Shown: positions 12,855-25,575 of the stretch, one piece after another
How the letters are laid out: every line of letters begins with the position of its first letter
Position numbering within the stretch: the stretch's first letter is position 1
Source: Balanoglossus misakiensis
Lineage: Eukaryota > Animalia > Hemichordata
Assembly (NCBI GenBank): GCA_040954595.2
Contig: CM082594.2
Span: forward strand, 1,692,247-1,756,246
Length of the DNA: 64,000 nucleotides
Reading direction: 5' to 3'
The notes under the pieces: generated by a model
Databases searched by the model: none
What the model was told of the DNA's origin: nothing
Seen by the model: only the letters and a program-made list of their open reading frames with translations
Translations under genes and position numbers: made by a program

Positions 12855-12891
<37 letters not shown>
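12796..12891. repeat. (TAG)n/(TTG)n/(ATG)n compound microsatellite (second copy 21422-21514)
   Basis: Read directly; source of the poly-Q pseudo-ORFs. Confidence 0.93.
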
Positions 12892-12893
<2 letters not shown>

Positions 12894-14269
12894 CAATTAA
12901 TTACAAAACATGAATCGCTATGAAATTGATGAGTCGTATGCCCATGGCTGTTAGTATAAATAATTAAAACAAAATGTCGAATCGTTAAATTTATTGTGGT
13001 ACTAAATGGATTTGCATGACATGCCAATTTTGTAAATGTTCATGATGCAACTCGTATGTGTTCTTGGTCAAATTCGCGACGCACAATTCTCTGGAGGTTT
13101 TTTTTTACACAGAAGAAATGGACAACACCACGTGTAGAGGGCGCCATGTGTTGGAGAAGCAGTGACTAGTGCGTTCTAGTCAGTTGTTGCCGTGTTACCG
13201 CATGGGGTGTAATCTCAAGCCAGATTCTGAATAACGCATGATTTTCGATTGGCGGTACGTAGCTTTGGTAAACGATGGTTAATAGCAGAAATGCTGCGTT
13301 GTTATGACAACAGACCAGTACAAGGAATAACCCGGAACTGTTTTCTGTTTAATCTTGGTGGGAATAATATGGCAGACGTTTCACATAATACACATCGTTT
13401 TATTTCATTGTCACTAGTTTTTTTATATTCCATTTCCTAAAACAACATCATTGCGTGTGAAGTTGTAAGAGGAAATTGCTAATTATACATTGGATTGTGA
13501 AAGTGTTAAATCAAAACGTGCAAGGAGACGCCATTACAAGTGCCTCATCTCACTAGCCATTATAATTAACCATACGAATATCAGGATGGTAATCCTTGCA
13601 ATAGTAGTGGTCGCGTTCGTCACATCGTTGGAAAGAGCAGTATTGAACCGGGCTTGAAAATGTCACTTTTCGGCCTGTTGGACCACAGTACAAACCGTTG
13701 GCAAGGCGGTCCGGACACTTTAATATTAAAAATACAACGCCATATTAAGGTATAGGATGCTATGCAGGAATTGAGATCTCTTTATTAATAATGGAACTCA
13801 ATACGTATTGACTTGTATTTTATAACGCTATTATTCGTCACGTAAACCTACCATGTTTAAAAAAATACAACTTACGTTTTAGGGGAGTTTTTAAACATAC
13901 TAAACGTTAATTGGATTTCAAAAGCAATTTAACAGCTTATATCATGTCGATTCATGCAAAGTACACTGTTGTTCACTTCTTGAAGACAGAGAGGGATGTT
14001 AAAGATACGACATACAAAAATCGTTTACTTACATCAACTGAACTACATATGACATGTAAGATATCGTCCTCGGAAAATTCTAATGTACATTCTAAACACT
14101 CCTCGCTTCTTTCTTCTTCTAACAAGTGTCCCTGAAATGAAAAATATACCTCCTTTTAGCATTATTTTTAAGTTCATGTTATTTTCGATAAACGATAACA
14201 ACATTCAGTTACTAGACAGAGTCAGATGATATCCACACACTCTGATCGAGGCGACCAACAAGCACTCAG

Positions 14270-14450
14270 CGACGGACGGACATACAGACAAGACAGACAG
14301 GCAGAGTGAGAGACAGACAGACAGGCAGGCAGAGTGACTGGCGGACAGGCAGGCAGAGTGACAGAAAGACAGACAGACAGGAAGGCAGAGTGACAGACAG
14401 ACAAACAGACAGACAGGCAGAGGGACAGACAGACAGACAGACAGACAGAA
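14270..14450. repeat. Degenerate (CAGA)n microsatellite (second copy ~22897-23071)
   Basis: Read directly. Confidence 0.9.
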
Positions 14451-14626
14451 ACAATGTGACTAGTTTTCTTTTACTTTGGCTACGCTTAAAGGGAGACACA
14501 CATACAAACCACATCGATCTTGTCCACTTGATCCACCAGCACGGACATCAGCCTGAATGTATGTGTCGGTCTAGACTCTCTCACAACACCTCTCGTCGTC
14601 CGTGCAGGCTTATGGTCTGATTGCAT

Positions 14627-14870
14627 CCTTCCTTTCAAAAATTTACCCAGCTTTTACAGTCTCAAAACACAACTATTGTGTGCAATTTTTCAAAATTTAT
14701 CTACTATGCCATGAAGATGCGTTCCGAGACTGTTGAGGAACTTTCAACCGTGTAATACTGATTGTACTTGTTTCTAGTTGAGTGTCCCTCTGTACTTTTC
14801 TTTGTATGACTTTTGTGAATACTAGGAGGCCGGAGGCCTACAGTATCCGAATAAATCATTATTATTATTA
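14627..14870 (+). mobile_element. 5'-truncated non-LTR retrotransposon (LINE 3' end) with (ATT)n tail
   Basis: Absent from duplicate copy 2 (empty site TTGCATGTGTGC at ~23243). TSD GCAT at 14623-14626 and 14871-14874; AATAAA then (ATT)n; encodes the LINE-ORF2-like tail 'FQKFTQLLQSQN...FSKFIYYAMKMR'. Confidence 0.85.
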
Positions 14871-16396
14871 GCATGTGTGCCCGGCAGGGGGGGGGGGGGG
14901 GGGGGGGCGACTCATGAACGCTGCCCTCTAGTGGCTTCTAAATTGACCAACCAGAGTGCGGCATTCTGGCTCACTCATATGCGCGTTTTGTCGACAGTAA
15001 AGGCTCGAAAAAAACTGTTTTTGAACAGAATGTGATCATCGAAATAACTCACGATCACAAATTTAGAAATTTACATTATGTGTGGAACACCAGACATTTT
15101 TTCCCGTACATGACCGATCATTTTCACACTTTGTCGGCCGATAAACGTAGTGCCAATGTAGGCTGATAAACACCAGTGCCGAAAGGCGGTTTTCAAACTA
15201 CCGATCATTTCAAACTCTGTCGATCTTTTTAATAATAAGCCAAAGAGCGTAGTGCAGTACCGTACCGAAAGGCCGTTTTCAAACTACCGATCTTTTTCAT
15301 AATAAGCCGATATGACGTGACCGACACACGATGGAGCTCCGTTTGAGCCAGACAATAGTCCCAGACACCAATACGACAAGTAGACAATTGAAAATCACAA
15401 AGAAAATATGTTTTTTTTTTGGGGGGGGGGGGTCAGAACCTTTGTAAAAGTAAGGCTTCGTGGTATGAAAAGCGATATCACATCAACATGTCACGAAAAT
15501 TCAATTCACCCACGAGGAGACGCTCACGCTACGTATACTGCATCATACGAAGGTTCAGGAGCTATGCACTAGTCAGGCGTGTGCGCTATACTATACATGC
15601 TATAGAACGGAATTGTTGCACTTGTAATCAGGGGCGATTTTGCAAAGACCCATGGGAAAACACACCATTTTTCTAAAATAGTCAGAATATATATTGAAAT
15701 TACCAAAATCGTTTCAAAATGTTACAATTATTTTTTATAAGAAAGTGCTGCACATCTTAAAACACTATAAATTCGATGTCTATTATTTTTCCAAATTTCG
15801 GGTCACTGTAAGTTTTATCAGTTTTTCGCAAGGTTTATCAAGATATTTCGGTAAAATGTGTCGTTTAATAGCTTAAACTACAAACTATCGATAAATGGTG
15901 AAAATGACTGGTAAAATACGATAATTCCGACGTAAATAAGCTTAGAAAATTACGTGGGAAATCAGCTCACCACTTCCGCATTTGAAAACAAGATAACGTT
16001 GGGGGCGCTGCAAAGTTTAGAAAACACCGTGATTAACGGTCATTTGACGAGCTAGAGTTCGCACTGATATGCGAGGTAAGATTTTGACTCAGACGTGGTT
16101 TCAAATTGGAATCAGCCTTATTTTCTGTAGTAGAATACACGAATTTTATCTTGGAAAAACAGTAAAAACTTCAAAAAATAATATGCACACTGAAGTTCTG
16201 CTTTCGATCCGAAATTCCTTTCCATTCCGTTCAAAATCCGTGTGGTGATATAAAAGCAAAACGTGGAACATTTTTTGGATTTGGAGAAACTATTTTTTAT
16301 TTCGTGTGGCTATTCCGTTTCGTTCCGTAAGCCTCACAAGAATAGAGAGGTTCGGCTACACGTTATACGTGAACGCGCAACGTCAACGTCAATAAT

Positions 16397-16516
16397 CTTT
16401 ACGGCCCTGATACGGGTTTTGCGGCCCGAGGTCGTACGGCGGAAGCGCCCGACGGCAGGGAGGGCGCGAATCGCCGTACGACCGAGGGCCGCAAAACCCG
16501 TATCAGGGCTGTAAGG
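16397..16516. repeat. ~45-bp-arm GC-rich hairpin with CCCGAGG/CCGAGGG internal mismatch
   Basis: CTTTACGGCCCTGATACGGGTTTTGCGGCCCGAGGTCGTACGGCG ... CGCCGTACGACCGAGGGCCGCAAAACCCGTATCAGGGCTGTAAGG. Confidence 0.93.
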
Positions 16517-17105
16517 GTTTTATCATATGCCTTATTGAACCACAATCTACAAGAAATTAATAAAAATACACATTCTGTAATTTTTGGAATGTAGAAATTA
16601 CGTATTTATCTGCCGTTTTGAAATGATCAATCGCTTAGCATAGAGCCGTATTCCTCCAGCTCTTGCGGATTGATATGCATGACGTCATTTGTTTACATTT
16701 TATACAGACGCGCTCGAGCTCACCCAGCCGATTGCGAGCGAGATATTATTTTTTTCCTCGCGACGATCGACGGCGACAGTCACACATTAATCAGATCAAA
16801 TTTCAAATCATCAATATTACTAAGATATCATATTTGATTTTCCTAATAAAGCTCTACAACATGCAGGGATTACGGGAGAGGATGGGATCGGAAGCCATAC
16901 ACAGCCAACACTCAAGTCACTGACATCAGACAAATGGCATTCAGAACGTAGCAATAACAATTTTAATGAACATTAAAATATTTTAGAAGAACATTAAAAC
17001 AGCAAAGGTGAAAAAACGCAATTCAGTCTCTCAAAATTAATAACAAAGTGTTCGATCGCGGCCCCCATCACCGGCGGTGCCCCATACCCGGAAGTCTCGC
17101 TAAGA

Positions 17106-18417
17106 TTACTCGCTATCCGAATCAAACATTACAAACGGACGCGGACGTTTCCTTGCGGCTCCAGCTCCAGCCGTCGATGGCATGCACATATGTATAGTGC
17201 AGTTGTTAAAAACTGTGGCTGGATCTGCTTGTTGTTTGAATGGACCGGGTTTTGTGTCTTCAGGAGTGCTACTGCTGGGCTTGCTTAGAATTGCTGAAAT
17301 GCGCCGGTGATCCTCAATCGAAACGGTGTCGTAGTGTTGTAGACTGGAGACGTTTTTGTGCCCGGTTATTTTTATTATCTGCTGTGGTGGGATTCCTGCC
17401 TTCGTCTGTGTCTGAAAGGTTGTCTTCCGTACAGAGTGATTTGTTTTTCGCCCACCAAACTTCATTGCAGCTGCAGCTCGTGGCATAAATGAGGCGATTT
17501 TATTTTTCCCCATCGGTCGATCGAAATACCACACGAGTGAGTTGATGTCGACTGCGGGTATCGGTTGCAGATAGAATGGGCTGTCCAGGGTACATTTTTC
17601 GATCGGGCGGTGTTGAACGTGCTCGCGATAAATTCTGATAGGGTTTCTGGTAGAATCGGCAACAGAGAAAATGCGAGGTGGTACGGCACGACGATCTCCA
17701 TATGTTCCATCGCGTGTTTTGGTATCGCGTTCCCGGAACTCTAAAAAATCGAGGCCAGAGCTATCCCTTTGGATAGTGATGTCTCCGAAGCACAGTTTTC
17801 TGTGCTCGTCCCGACCGCGTAGACCGAAGTGCTTCGTGAATAAATACCACAGAGTGAAATTCAAGGTGTCACCGTCAGCGCTGCCAAGTTTGCCTTCTTT
17901 CCACATTGCCTCCTCTTCTTCTGGAGATATAGCTTCGCTAGCATGACTGCCAGAGCCCATGCCAGACTTCTTTAGCTGCATCCGTTTAGCTTTAATTGCG
18001 TCATTTGTCAACGCGAAGCTCTTGTCATTCAACAACACCCCATAGTTGTTTTGCCCATAGTTGTTTTGCGCTATACTTTACATCTGAAACAGAGCCTGGT
18101 TCGTAGTCAGTGCCGTCAGCTTTTTTGAGATTGACGAAGAATGTTGCTAGATATTCGTTCAACGTCTTGGGTGGTATTTCCGCTAAGTTGCGAGTGTCCC
18201 CGTATTTGTTCTCAATGAAACGCCGTACCTTTGCTACGTCTCGCTCAGTCGTACGAACCGTGCTCGGTTTTCTTTGCGATTTGATGAAATCGTTCACACT
18301 TGCCAAATCATCTTCACCAACTGTTGCCTCGCTTTCTCCTTCGAGTCCGAAAAGTAAAACATCTAATTCGTCTTTTGGAATTTCTTCCATCCACCGGATA
18401 ATATCGTCCGCTGCCAT
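17106..18417 (-). pseudogene. Crypton tyrosine recombinase (DUF3504; ZMYM/QRICH1/KCTD1-related), frameshifted
   Basis: All catalytic residues present: R (FGLRGRDEH), K (KTRDG), HxxR (TNHSVR), H (ITGHKN), Y (SLQHY). N-terminal 'LNEYLATFFVNLKKADGTDYEPGSV'. Frameshift at a 16-bp tandem duplication (CCCATAGTTGTTTTGC x2) at ~18038-18069. Confidence 0.92.
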
Positions 18418-18629
18418 AATTTATCGTACTCAGCGCAGTGAAGTGGAGCAGACGACAACTTTCGAATCTCGCGCAATAAAAACAAAAGTAGATCCGGATA
18501 TTGAACGTGTCTTCCAAATATGGTCACCGGGCCGGGGCGTATTATGCAGCACAAAGGTCAAAAGGTAACTTCGAGATTTCACATCTTCAGTGATTCATAA
18601 GTGACGTTAATCTTAGATTGTATTTCAAG

Positions 18630-19438
18630 GTCAGTGTGAATTATTCTTATGGCGTCACAATGTCGTAGTGTGTTTGCGTCCAAGAGATGGAGGAGAATGA
18701 GCTGAGGGGAACCAGAGAGAGGGGGAGACAGGCAGACAGAATTAGCCGCACACAGGTTTGAAGTTGCCATGTTATTTCAATTTAGAAAAGGGTTTTCAGC
18801 TACTTTGTGCATGAGAACAGGTCTAATAGTTTATGACACTTTTCATTTCTCCTTGCAGAGGCAGAAAATAAGAAACAGGCAGAAAGTAAGAAAAAGGAAA
18901 ACAAAAATGTTACTTTCAGTGAAAATACAACGGTCTACGTTTTGTATGAGGAGCTCAAGAAATCTTCTGGTTATGAACTGGTAAGTGGCTCAATTCGTTG
19001 TTGTAACCATTAATGATTTTAGATTCCATTCCCATAGCTTGTATTACATTTTTTCTATGTTTTAACACGTCAGTCACACACGCGCGCGCGCGCACACACA
19101 CACACACCCATACACACAGACAGACAGATAGATAGACAGACAGACAGACGCTCAGACAGACAGACGTACATGCATAGTTAGCTGGATATGTTTAGCAATC
19201 AAATTTGTGAATACATGCACAGGAATTAACCTTGTTTCATGTCCAATCTAAATGTAGGAGTCTGCGAACATGAATACGGAAGGCACTGGAGTTCAATCGG
19301 GTAAGTGCATTTTGTATTAATTTTAACATTGTTTAGGATATATTGTGTGTTTTTCACCATTATATACAGTTTAGTGGTAAGTTTACTGACGTTTCATTTT
19401 TCGATTGTGTAATTCCAGGAAATCAAACCCTTGAATGA
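18630..19438 (+). pseudogene. Four-exon 3' gene fragment inside the Crypton (also in copy 1 at ~10003-10807)
   Basis: AG/GT-bounded exons 18630-18755, 18859-18980, 19258-19300, 19419-19438 have compatible phases and give ...EAENKKQAESKKKENKNVTFSENTTVYVLYEELKKSSGYEL-ESANMNTEGTGVQS-GNQTLE*. AATAAA at 19531; two stops in the first exon. Confidence 0.5.
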
Positions 19439-21475
19439 TTTAGCACCCCCAAAGCACACATGGGTACAACAGGCACATGGTCCAGGGCCGATCGACAGGA
19501 GAACCGCCACAATGAAATAACATTCCACTAAATAAAATATCACACTCCGTATATACAAGCTCTCCATTCATTAAATAAGTCTTCGATAGTTTTAGTGTCG
19601 CCTGGTGAAATTATGCCCACGTCACGACTCTGGGGACCAGTGCTAATAAATTCGACATTGTAGCTGAGATAGCGTTGGTGGGCATGGTCAACATATCCGA
19701 TACCATAGTGGGCAATGAGGGTTGAAATAACCAAGTTAATCGCGATTTCGTTCAATTTAGGCCTACTACGATAACTATATACATTGTATGTACTGTGAAT
19801 TTAGAACAGTTAAAACGGTTTCCCTTGGTTACAGGATGTTTGCTTTCATGTGACCGACGCCCTCTCAAAAAGATAAGTTTCTCTTGTAACGGACTTTGAT
19901 AGTATTGATTAAAATGTCGGATTGGTGGGAAATGGAAAAATCCATATATTGAGTATTCTCTTACTTAATTCGGTCAATAACCTTGTCTTATAGCATTAAT
20001 CACGATATAAATACATGCAATTCGATGCAAGTCGCACAGTTTTATTGTATAGAGTTGTGAGGTGGGACGGTAAGGAAGAGCCGGCCACCATAGCGTGTCT
20101 ATACCATGGTCTTCGTAGATGCCCTATCCTGATATCAGCGAAGAGCACTGTACCCGATTTGCACGCACGGGGGACTTTTGGTGATAACACAAAACTCTGC
20201 ATGAACTTTACACCAATGAAAAAAGATCGCCATTTCCAAGAGAGTACATGGCACGGCCGGAGATTATTACGTTGTTCACTGCCATGGGGAAAATAGTCAA
20301 ATTGGATATAAAAAAGGCACAGACTTGGCACTGTTAAAGCGCGTAGCTCATCTCACAGGCATATTCCAGCTGTAGCCGCTGGTTACAGGCGTTTAGTGAA
20401 CAGTCAATCCCATGAGGCTGCTCTGTCCTATCGACAGAGAAGATGGCGGCGACCATAATCTGTGTCGGAGATCGTGAAAAGACACCAGCTTGGGTGAAAA
20501 GGAGGGACAAAACCAGAATCTATACTTATACTGTGCGCATGAAAAATGGAAGGAAGCGAAGGCAGTCCACTATTTGAATGCATCGAACGGAAAATTGGCT
20601 GGGAAGTTACGCGCATGCGCGTGAGACGAGACACACAACACAGACAATCCACCAAATTTAAATCCCTGGGGACACAACAGAGGTACAGGTACAAGATGCT
20701 GACTTATTTGTACAAAATCGATGCAAACGTTAATTACATGATCAATGATGATTAATGACGTCATGAGAAATCTATTGACTTTTCCATAGCAACAATATCT
20801 CCACCCCCGCCTGCCTTGTAACATGCGATAGGTTATATCTTTGGTATTTATTTATTCATTGCTTATTTATCTTTCTCGTAACACTTGATTGATCGACATA
20901 CATTGTAAGTTGTACACCTTGCTGTATCTGTACATTCCAGCCATATTTTTCACTACAGGTTGTAAATTTAAATTTATCAAAACAGTCTTCTGGTGTTTTT
21001 GTGAGCCGAATGAGAAGCTGACTACGCATGCGCCACGATGTTTTTTGAAATGTTATCACATACATTAGAATCATATTCATTCACTCGTTTGTGAAATGTG
21101 AAATGCCATGCATTCCGAATGCCTTTTCACTATCTGACATTTTGTTTAATATCTCTCTTAGAATCACCCCCCCCCAAAAAAAATCTCTTTAGACTTAAAT
21201 GATGAAAACATACTGGTCTGAATGCTGCACATGCGCGATGAACGGCAGTGTGGCGTTTGGATTAACACTGAATAATTTACTAACATAATTTTGACCCGTA
21301 GCGATTACAGTCCACACCACGTGGAAGCAGGGTATATGATAAAAAGGGCACAACACCCTGGTTTTTATAAAGGGTCAAAGTCCTGAAATATTGTCCTTGT
21401 TCACATTCGTTACTATGATTAGGTAGTAGTAGTAGAAGTAGTATTTGTTGTTGTTGTTGTTGTTGTTTATGATGA

Positions 21476-21517
<42 letters not shown>

Positions 21518-24500
21518 CAATTAATTACAAAACATGAATCGCTATGAAATTGATGAGTCGTATGCCCATGGCTGTTAGTATAAATAATTAAAACAAAATG
21601 TCGAATCGTTAAATTTATTGTGGTACTAAATGGATTTGCATGACATGCCAATTTTGTAAATGTTCATGATGGAACTCGTATGTGTTCTTGGTCAAATTCG
21701 CGACGCACAATTCTCTGGAGGTTTTTTTTTTAAACAGAAGAAATGAACAACACCACGTGTAGAGGGCGCCATGTGTTGGAGCAGCAGTGACTAGTGCGTT
21801 CTAGTCAGTTGTTGCCGTGTTACCGCATGGGGTGTAATCTCAAGCCAGATTCTGAATAACGCATGATTTTCGATTGGCGGTACGTAGCTTTGGTAAACGA
21901 TGGTTAATAGCAGAAATGCTGCGTTGTTATGACAACAGACCAGTACAAGGAATAACCCGGAACTGTTTTCTGTTTAATCTTGGTGGGAATAATATGGCAG
22001 ACGTTTCACATAATACACATCGTTTTATTTCATTGTCACTAGTTTTTTTTATGTTCCATTTCCTAAAACAACATCATTGCGTGTGAAGTTGTAAGAGGAA
22101 ATTGCTAATTATACATTGGATTGTGAAAGTGTTAAATCAAAACGTGCAAGGAGACGCCATTACAAGTGCCTCATCTCACTAGCCATTATAATTAACCATA
22201 CGAATATCAGGATGGTAATCCTTGCAATAGTAGTGGTCACGTTCGTCACATCGTTGGAAAGAGCAGTATTGAACCGGGCTTGAAAATGTCACTTTTCGGC
22301 CTGTTGGACCACAGTACAAACCGTTGGCAAGGCGGTCCGGACACTTTAATATTAAAAATACAACGCCATATTAAGGTATAGGATGCTATGCAGGAATTGA
22401 GATCTCTTTATTAATAATGGAACTCAATACGTATTGACTTGTATTTTATAACGCTATTATTCGTCACGTAAACCTACCATGTTTAAAAAAATACAACTTA
22501 CGTTTTAGGGGAGTTTTTAAACATACTAAACGTTAATTGGATTTCAAAGGCAATTTTACAGCTTATATCATGTCGATTCATGCAAAGTACACTGTTGTTC
22601 ACTTCTTGAAGACAGAGAGGGATGTTAAAGATACGACATACAAAAATCGTTTACTTACATCAACTGAACTACATATGACATGTAAGATATCGTCCTCGTA
22701 AAATTCTAATGTACATTCTAAACACTCCTCGCTCCTTTCTTCTTCTAACAAGTGTCCCTGAAATGAAAAATGTACCTCCTTATAGCATTATTTTTAAGTT
22801 CATGTTATTTTCGATAAACGATAACAACATTCAGTTACTAGACAAAGTCAGATGATATCCACACACTCTGATCGAGGCGACCAACAAGCACTCAGCGACG
22901 GACGGACATACAGACAAGACAGACTGGCAGAGTGAGAGACAGACAGACAGACAGGCAGGCAGAGTGACTGGCGGACAGGCAGGCAGAGTGACAGAAAGAC
23001 AGACAGGAAGGCAGAGTGACAGACAGACAAACAACCAGACAGGCAGAGGGACAGACAGACAGACAGACAGAAACAATGTGACTAGTTTTCTTTTACTTTG
23101 GCTACGCTTAAAGGGAGACACACATACAAACCACATCGATCTTGTCCACTTGATCCACCAGCACGGACATCAGCCTGAATGTATGTGTCGGTCTAGACTC
23201 TCTCACAACACCTCTCGTCGTCCGTGCAGGCTTATGGTCTGATTGCATGTGTGCCCGGCAGGGGGGGGGGGGGGCACTCATGAACGCTGCCCTCTAGTGG
23301 CTACTAAATTGACCAACCAGAGTGCGGCATTCTGGCTCACTCATATGCGCGTCTTGTCGACAGTAAAGGCTCGAAAAACCCCGTTTTTGAACAGAATGTG
23401 ATCATCGAAATAAATCACGATCACAAATTTAGAAAGTTACATTATGTGTAGAACACCAGACATTTTTTCCCGTACATGACCGATCATTTTCACACTTTGT
23501 CGGCCGATAAACGTAGTGCCAATGTAGGCTGATAAACACCAGTGCCGAAAGGCGGTTTTCAAACTACCGATCATTTCAAACTCTGTCGATCTTTTTTATA
23601 ATAAGCCAAAGAGCGTAGTGCAGTACCGTACCGAAAGGCTGTTTTCAAACTACCGATCTTTTTCATAATAAGCCGATATGACGTGACCGACACACGATGG
23701 AGCTCCGTTTGAGCCAGACAATAGTCCCAAACACCAATACGACAAGTAGACAATTGAAAATCACAAAGAAAATATGTTTTTTTGGGGGGGGTCAGAACCT
23801 TTGTAAAAGTAAGGCTTCGCGGTATGAAAAGCGATATCACATCAACATGTCACGAAAATTCAGTTCACCCACGAGGAGACGCTCACGCTACGTATACTGC
23901 ATCATACGAAGGTTCAGGAGCTATGCACTAGTCAGGCGTGTGCGCTATACTATACATGCTATAGAACGGAATTGTTGCACTTGTAATCAGGGGCGATTTT
24001 GCAAAGACCCATGGGGGTACACACACCATTTTTCTAAAATAGTCAGAATATATATTGAAATTACCAAAATCGTTTCAAAATGTTACAATTATTTTTTATA
24101 AGAAAGTGCTGCACATCTTAAAACACTATAAATTCGATGTCTATTATTTTTCCAAATTTCGGGTCACTGTAAGTTTTATCAGTTTTTGGCAAGGTTTATC
24201 AAGATATTTCGGTAAAATGTGTCGTTTAATAGCTTAAACTACAAACTATCGATAAATGGTGAAAATGACTGGTAAAATACGATAATTCCGACGTAAATAA
24301 GCTTAGAAAATTACGTGGGAAATCAGCTCACCACTTCCGCATTTGAAAACAAGATAACGTTGGGGGCGCTGCAAAGTTTAGAAAACACCGTGATTAACGG
24401 TCATTTGACGAGCTAGAGTTCGCACTGATATGCGAGGTAAGATTTTGACTCAGACGTGGTTTCAAATTGGAATCAGCCTTATTTTCTGTAGTAGAATACA

Positions 24501-25575
24501 CGAATTTTATCTTGGAAAAACAGTAAAAACTTCAAAAAATAATATGCACACTGAAGTTCTGCTTTCGATCCGAAATTCCTTTCCATTCCGTTCAAAATCC
24601 GTGTGGTGATAAAAGCAAAACGTGGAAAAATTTTTGGATTTGGAGAAACTATTTTTTATTTCGTGTGGCTATTCCGTTCCGTAAGCCTCACAAGAATCCT
24701 ACGAGCGCCTGTGGTGTGAACAGAATTGAACGTGCAAAGGGCCATGACCTCGTTTGAACTCTCGCGTTGAGTATTCAAAAACGCAACCAGGGACAGACCA
24801 CAAAATGAACGAATTCCCCATAGAATTATTTTCTGTCATACTTAGTGGACGTAGACTATCGTCAGCCGCTTGTGTCGCTTGTAATATTTCCATGGCAATG
24901 TTCCGCGTCTCTGACGCTCGACCCAGAGGTCGCGCGCGACTTCAGCCCTCTTTGGCTGCCATAGCTGGTGATCATCCTCTGTGTACCTGTGTATACCAGA
25001 ACAGAAATCACGTGACGCGTGTCTGGTGAAAATAAATTTTCCCCGTAGTGCAATGTTTACTGACAATGGTGGTGTAATCGAACCCAGAACTTGGAATAAC
25101 CGCGAAAAATTGTGTCGAGTGGTCAGGAAATACGTACCACACGCTGACTTCCAAATGTCTTGATTTTGATGTTTGTGGCAGTACACACATGATGTCTAAA
25201 CTGGCGACACAGTTACAATTACTCAGTGTATGGTCTCCAAAATTGTCAGTTTCCTCCACAATACTGAATGAGTGAAGAACGTACACATAAATCATGAGCC
25301 TACTAAGGGGACTGGTCGGTTTCTTCAGCCTGGGGGGAGGGGTGGATTATAGGGGAGGGGGTCACCCTGTTTTGGAATTGGGTGATGTCATCTCAGGTGC
25401 TGGTGTCTATCCTCCTGTACTTTGCAAGGCTAACTTTATTCCCCCTCTTGCTAAAACATTCATACGTTCGACATGTGTGTGTTTTAAATGATCTTTGCCA
25501 CCCTTTGCGACCTTTGACCTGTCATAGTTCAAAATAGCAGATTTGAATAAGGCTCGCTATTTCTACTGTTCATGA

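Larger units (their letters stand above)
8525..16343. repeat. Segmental tandem duplication, copy 1
   Basis: Near-identical to 16927-24697; the same ORFs recur at an offset of ~8.4-8.6 kb. Confidence 0.95.
16391..21344 (-). mobile_element. Crypton (CryptonA-like) element, ~4.95 kb, copy 2 with both putative ends
   Basis: YR gene 17106-18417; long terminal hairpin 16397-16516; TTTTATCATATGCC (16518-16531) inverted with GGTATATGATAAAA (21331-21344), 13/14 match. The same right end occurs in copy 1 at 12704-12717. Confidence 0.7.
16927..24697. repeat. Segmental tandem duplication, copy 2
   Basis: Near-identical to 8525-16343; identity ends at GCCTCACAAGAAT. Confidence 0.95.

Noticed and set aside
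12653-13027. Poly-Q/poly-H protein (also 21280-21651)
   Set aside because: Translation of (TTG)n/(ATG)n; no true start or splice context.
20440-20625. 'RDKTRIY...AHEKWKEAK' resembling a transposon accessory-protein motif
   Set aside because: Requires a frameshift, is short, and has no supporting termini.
24699-25295. Short ORFs possibly from a transposase or host exon
   Set aside because: No motif I can identify with confidence.
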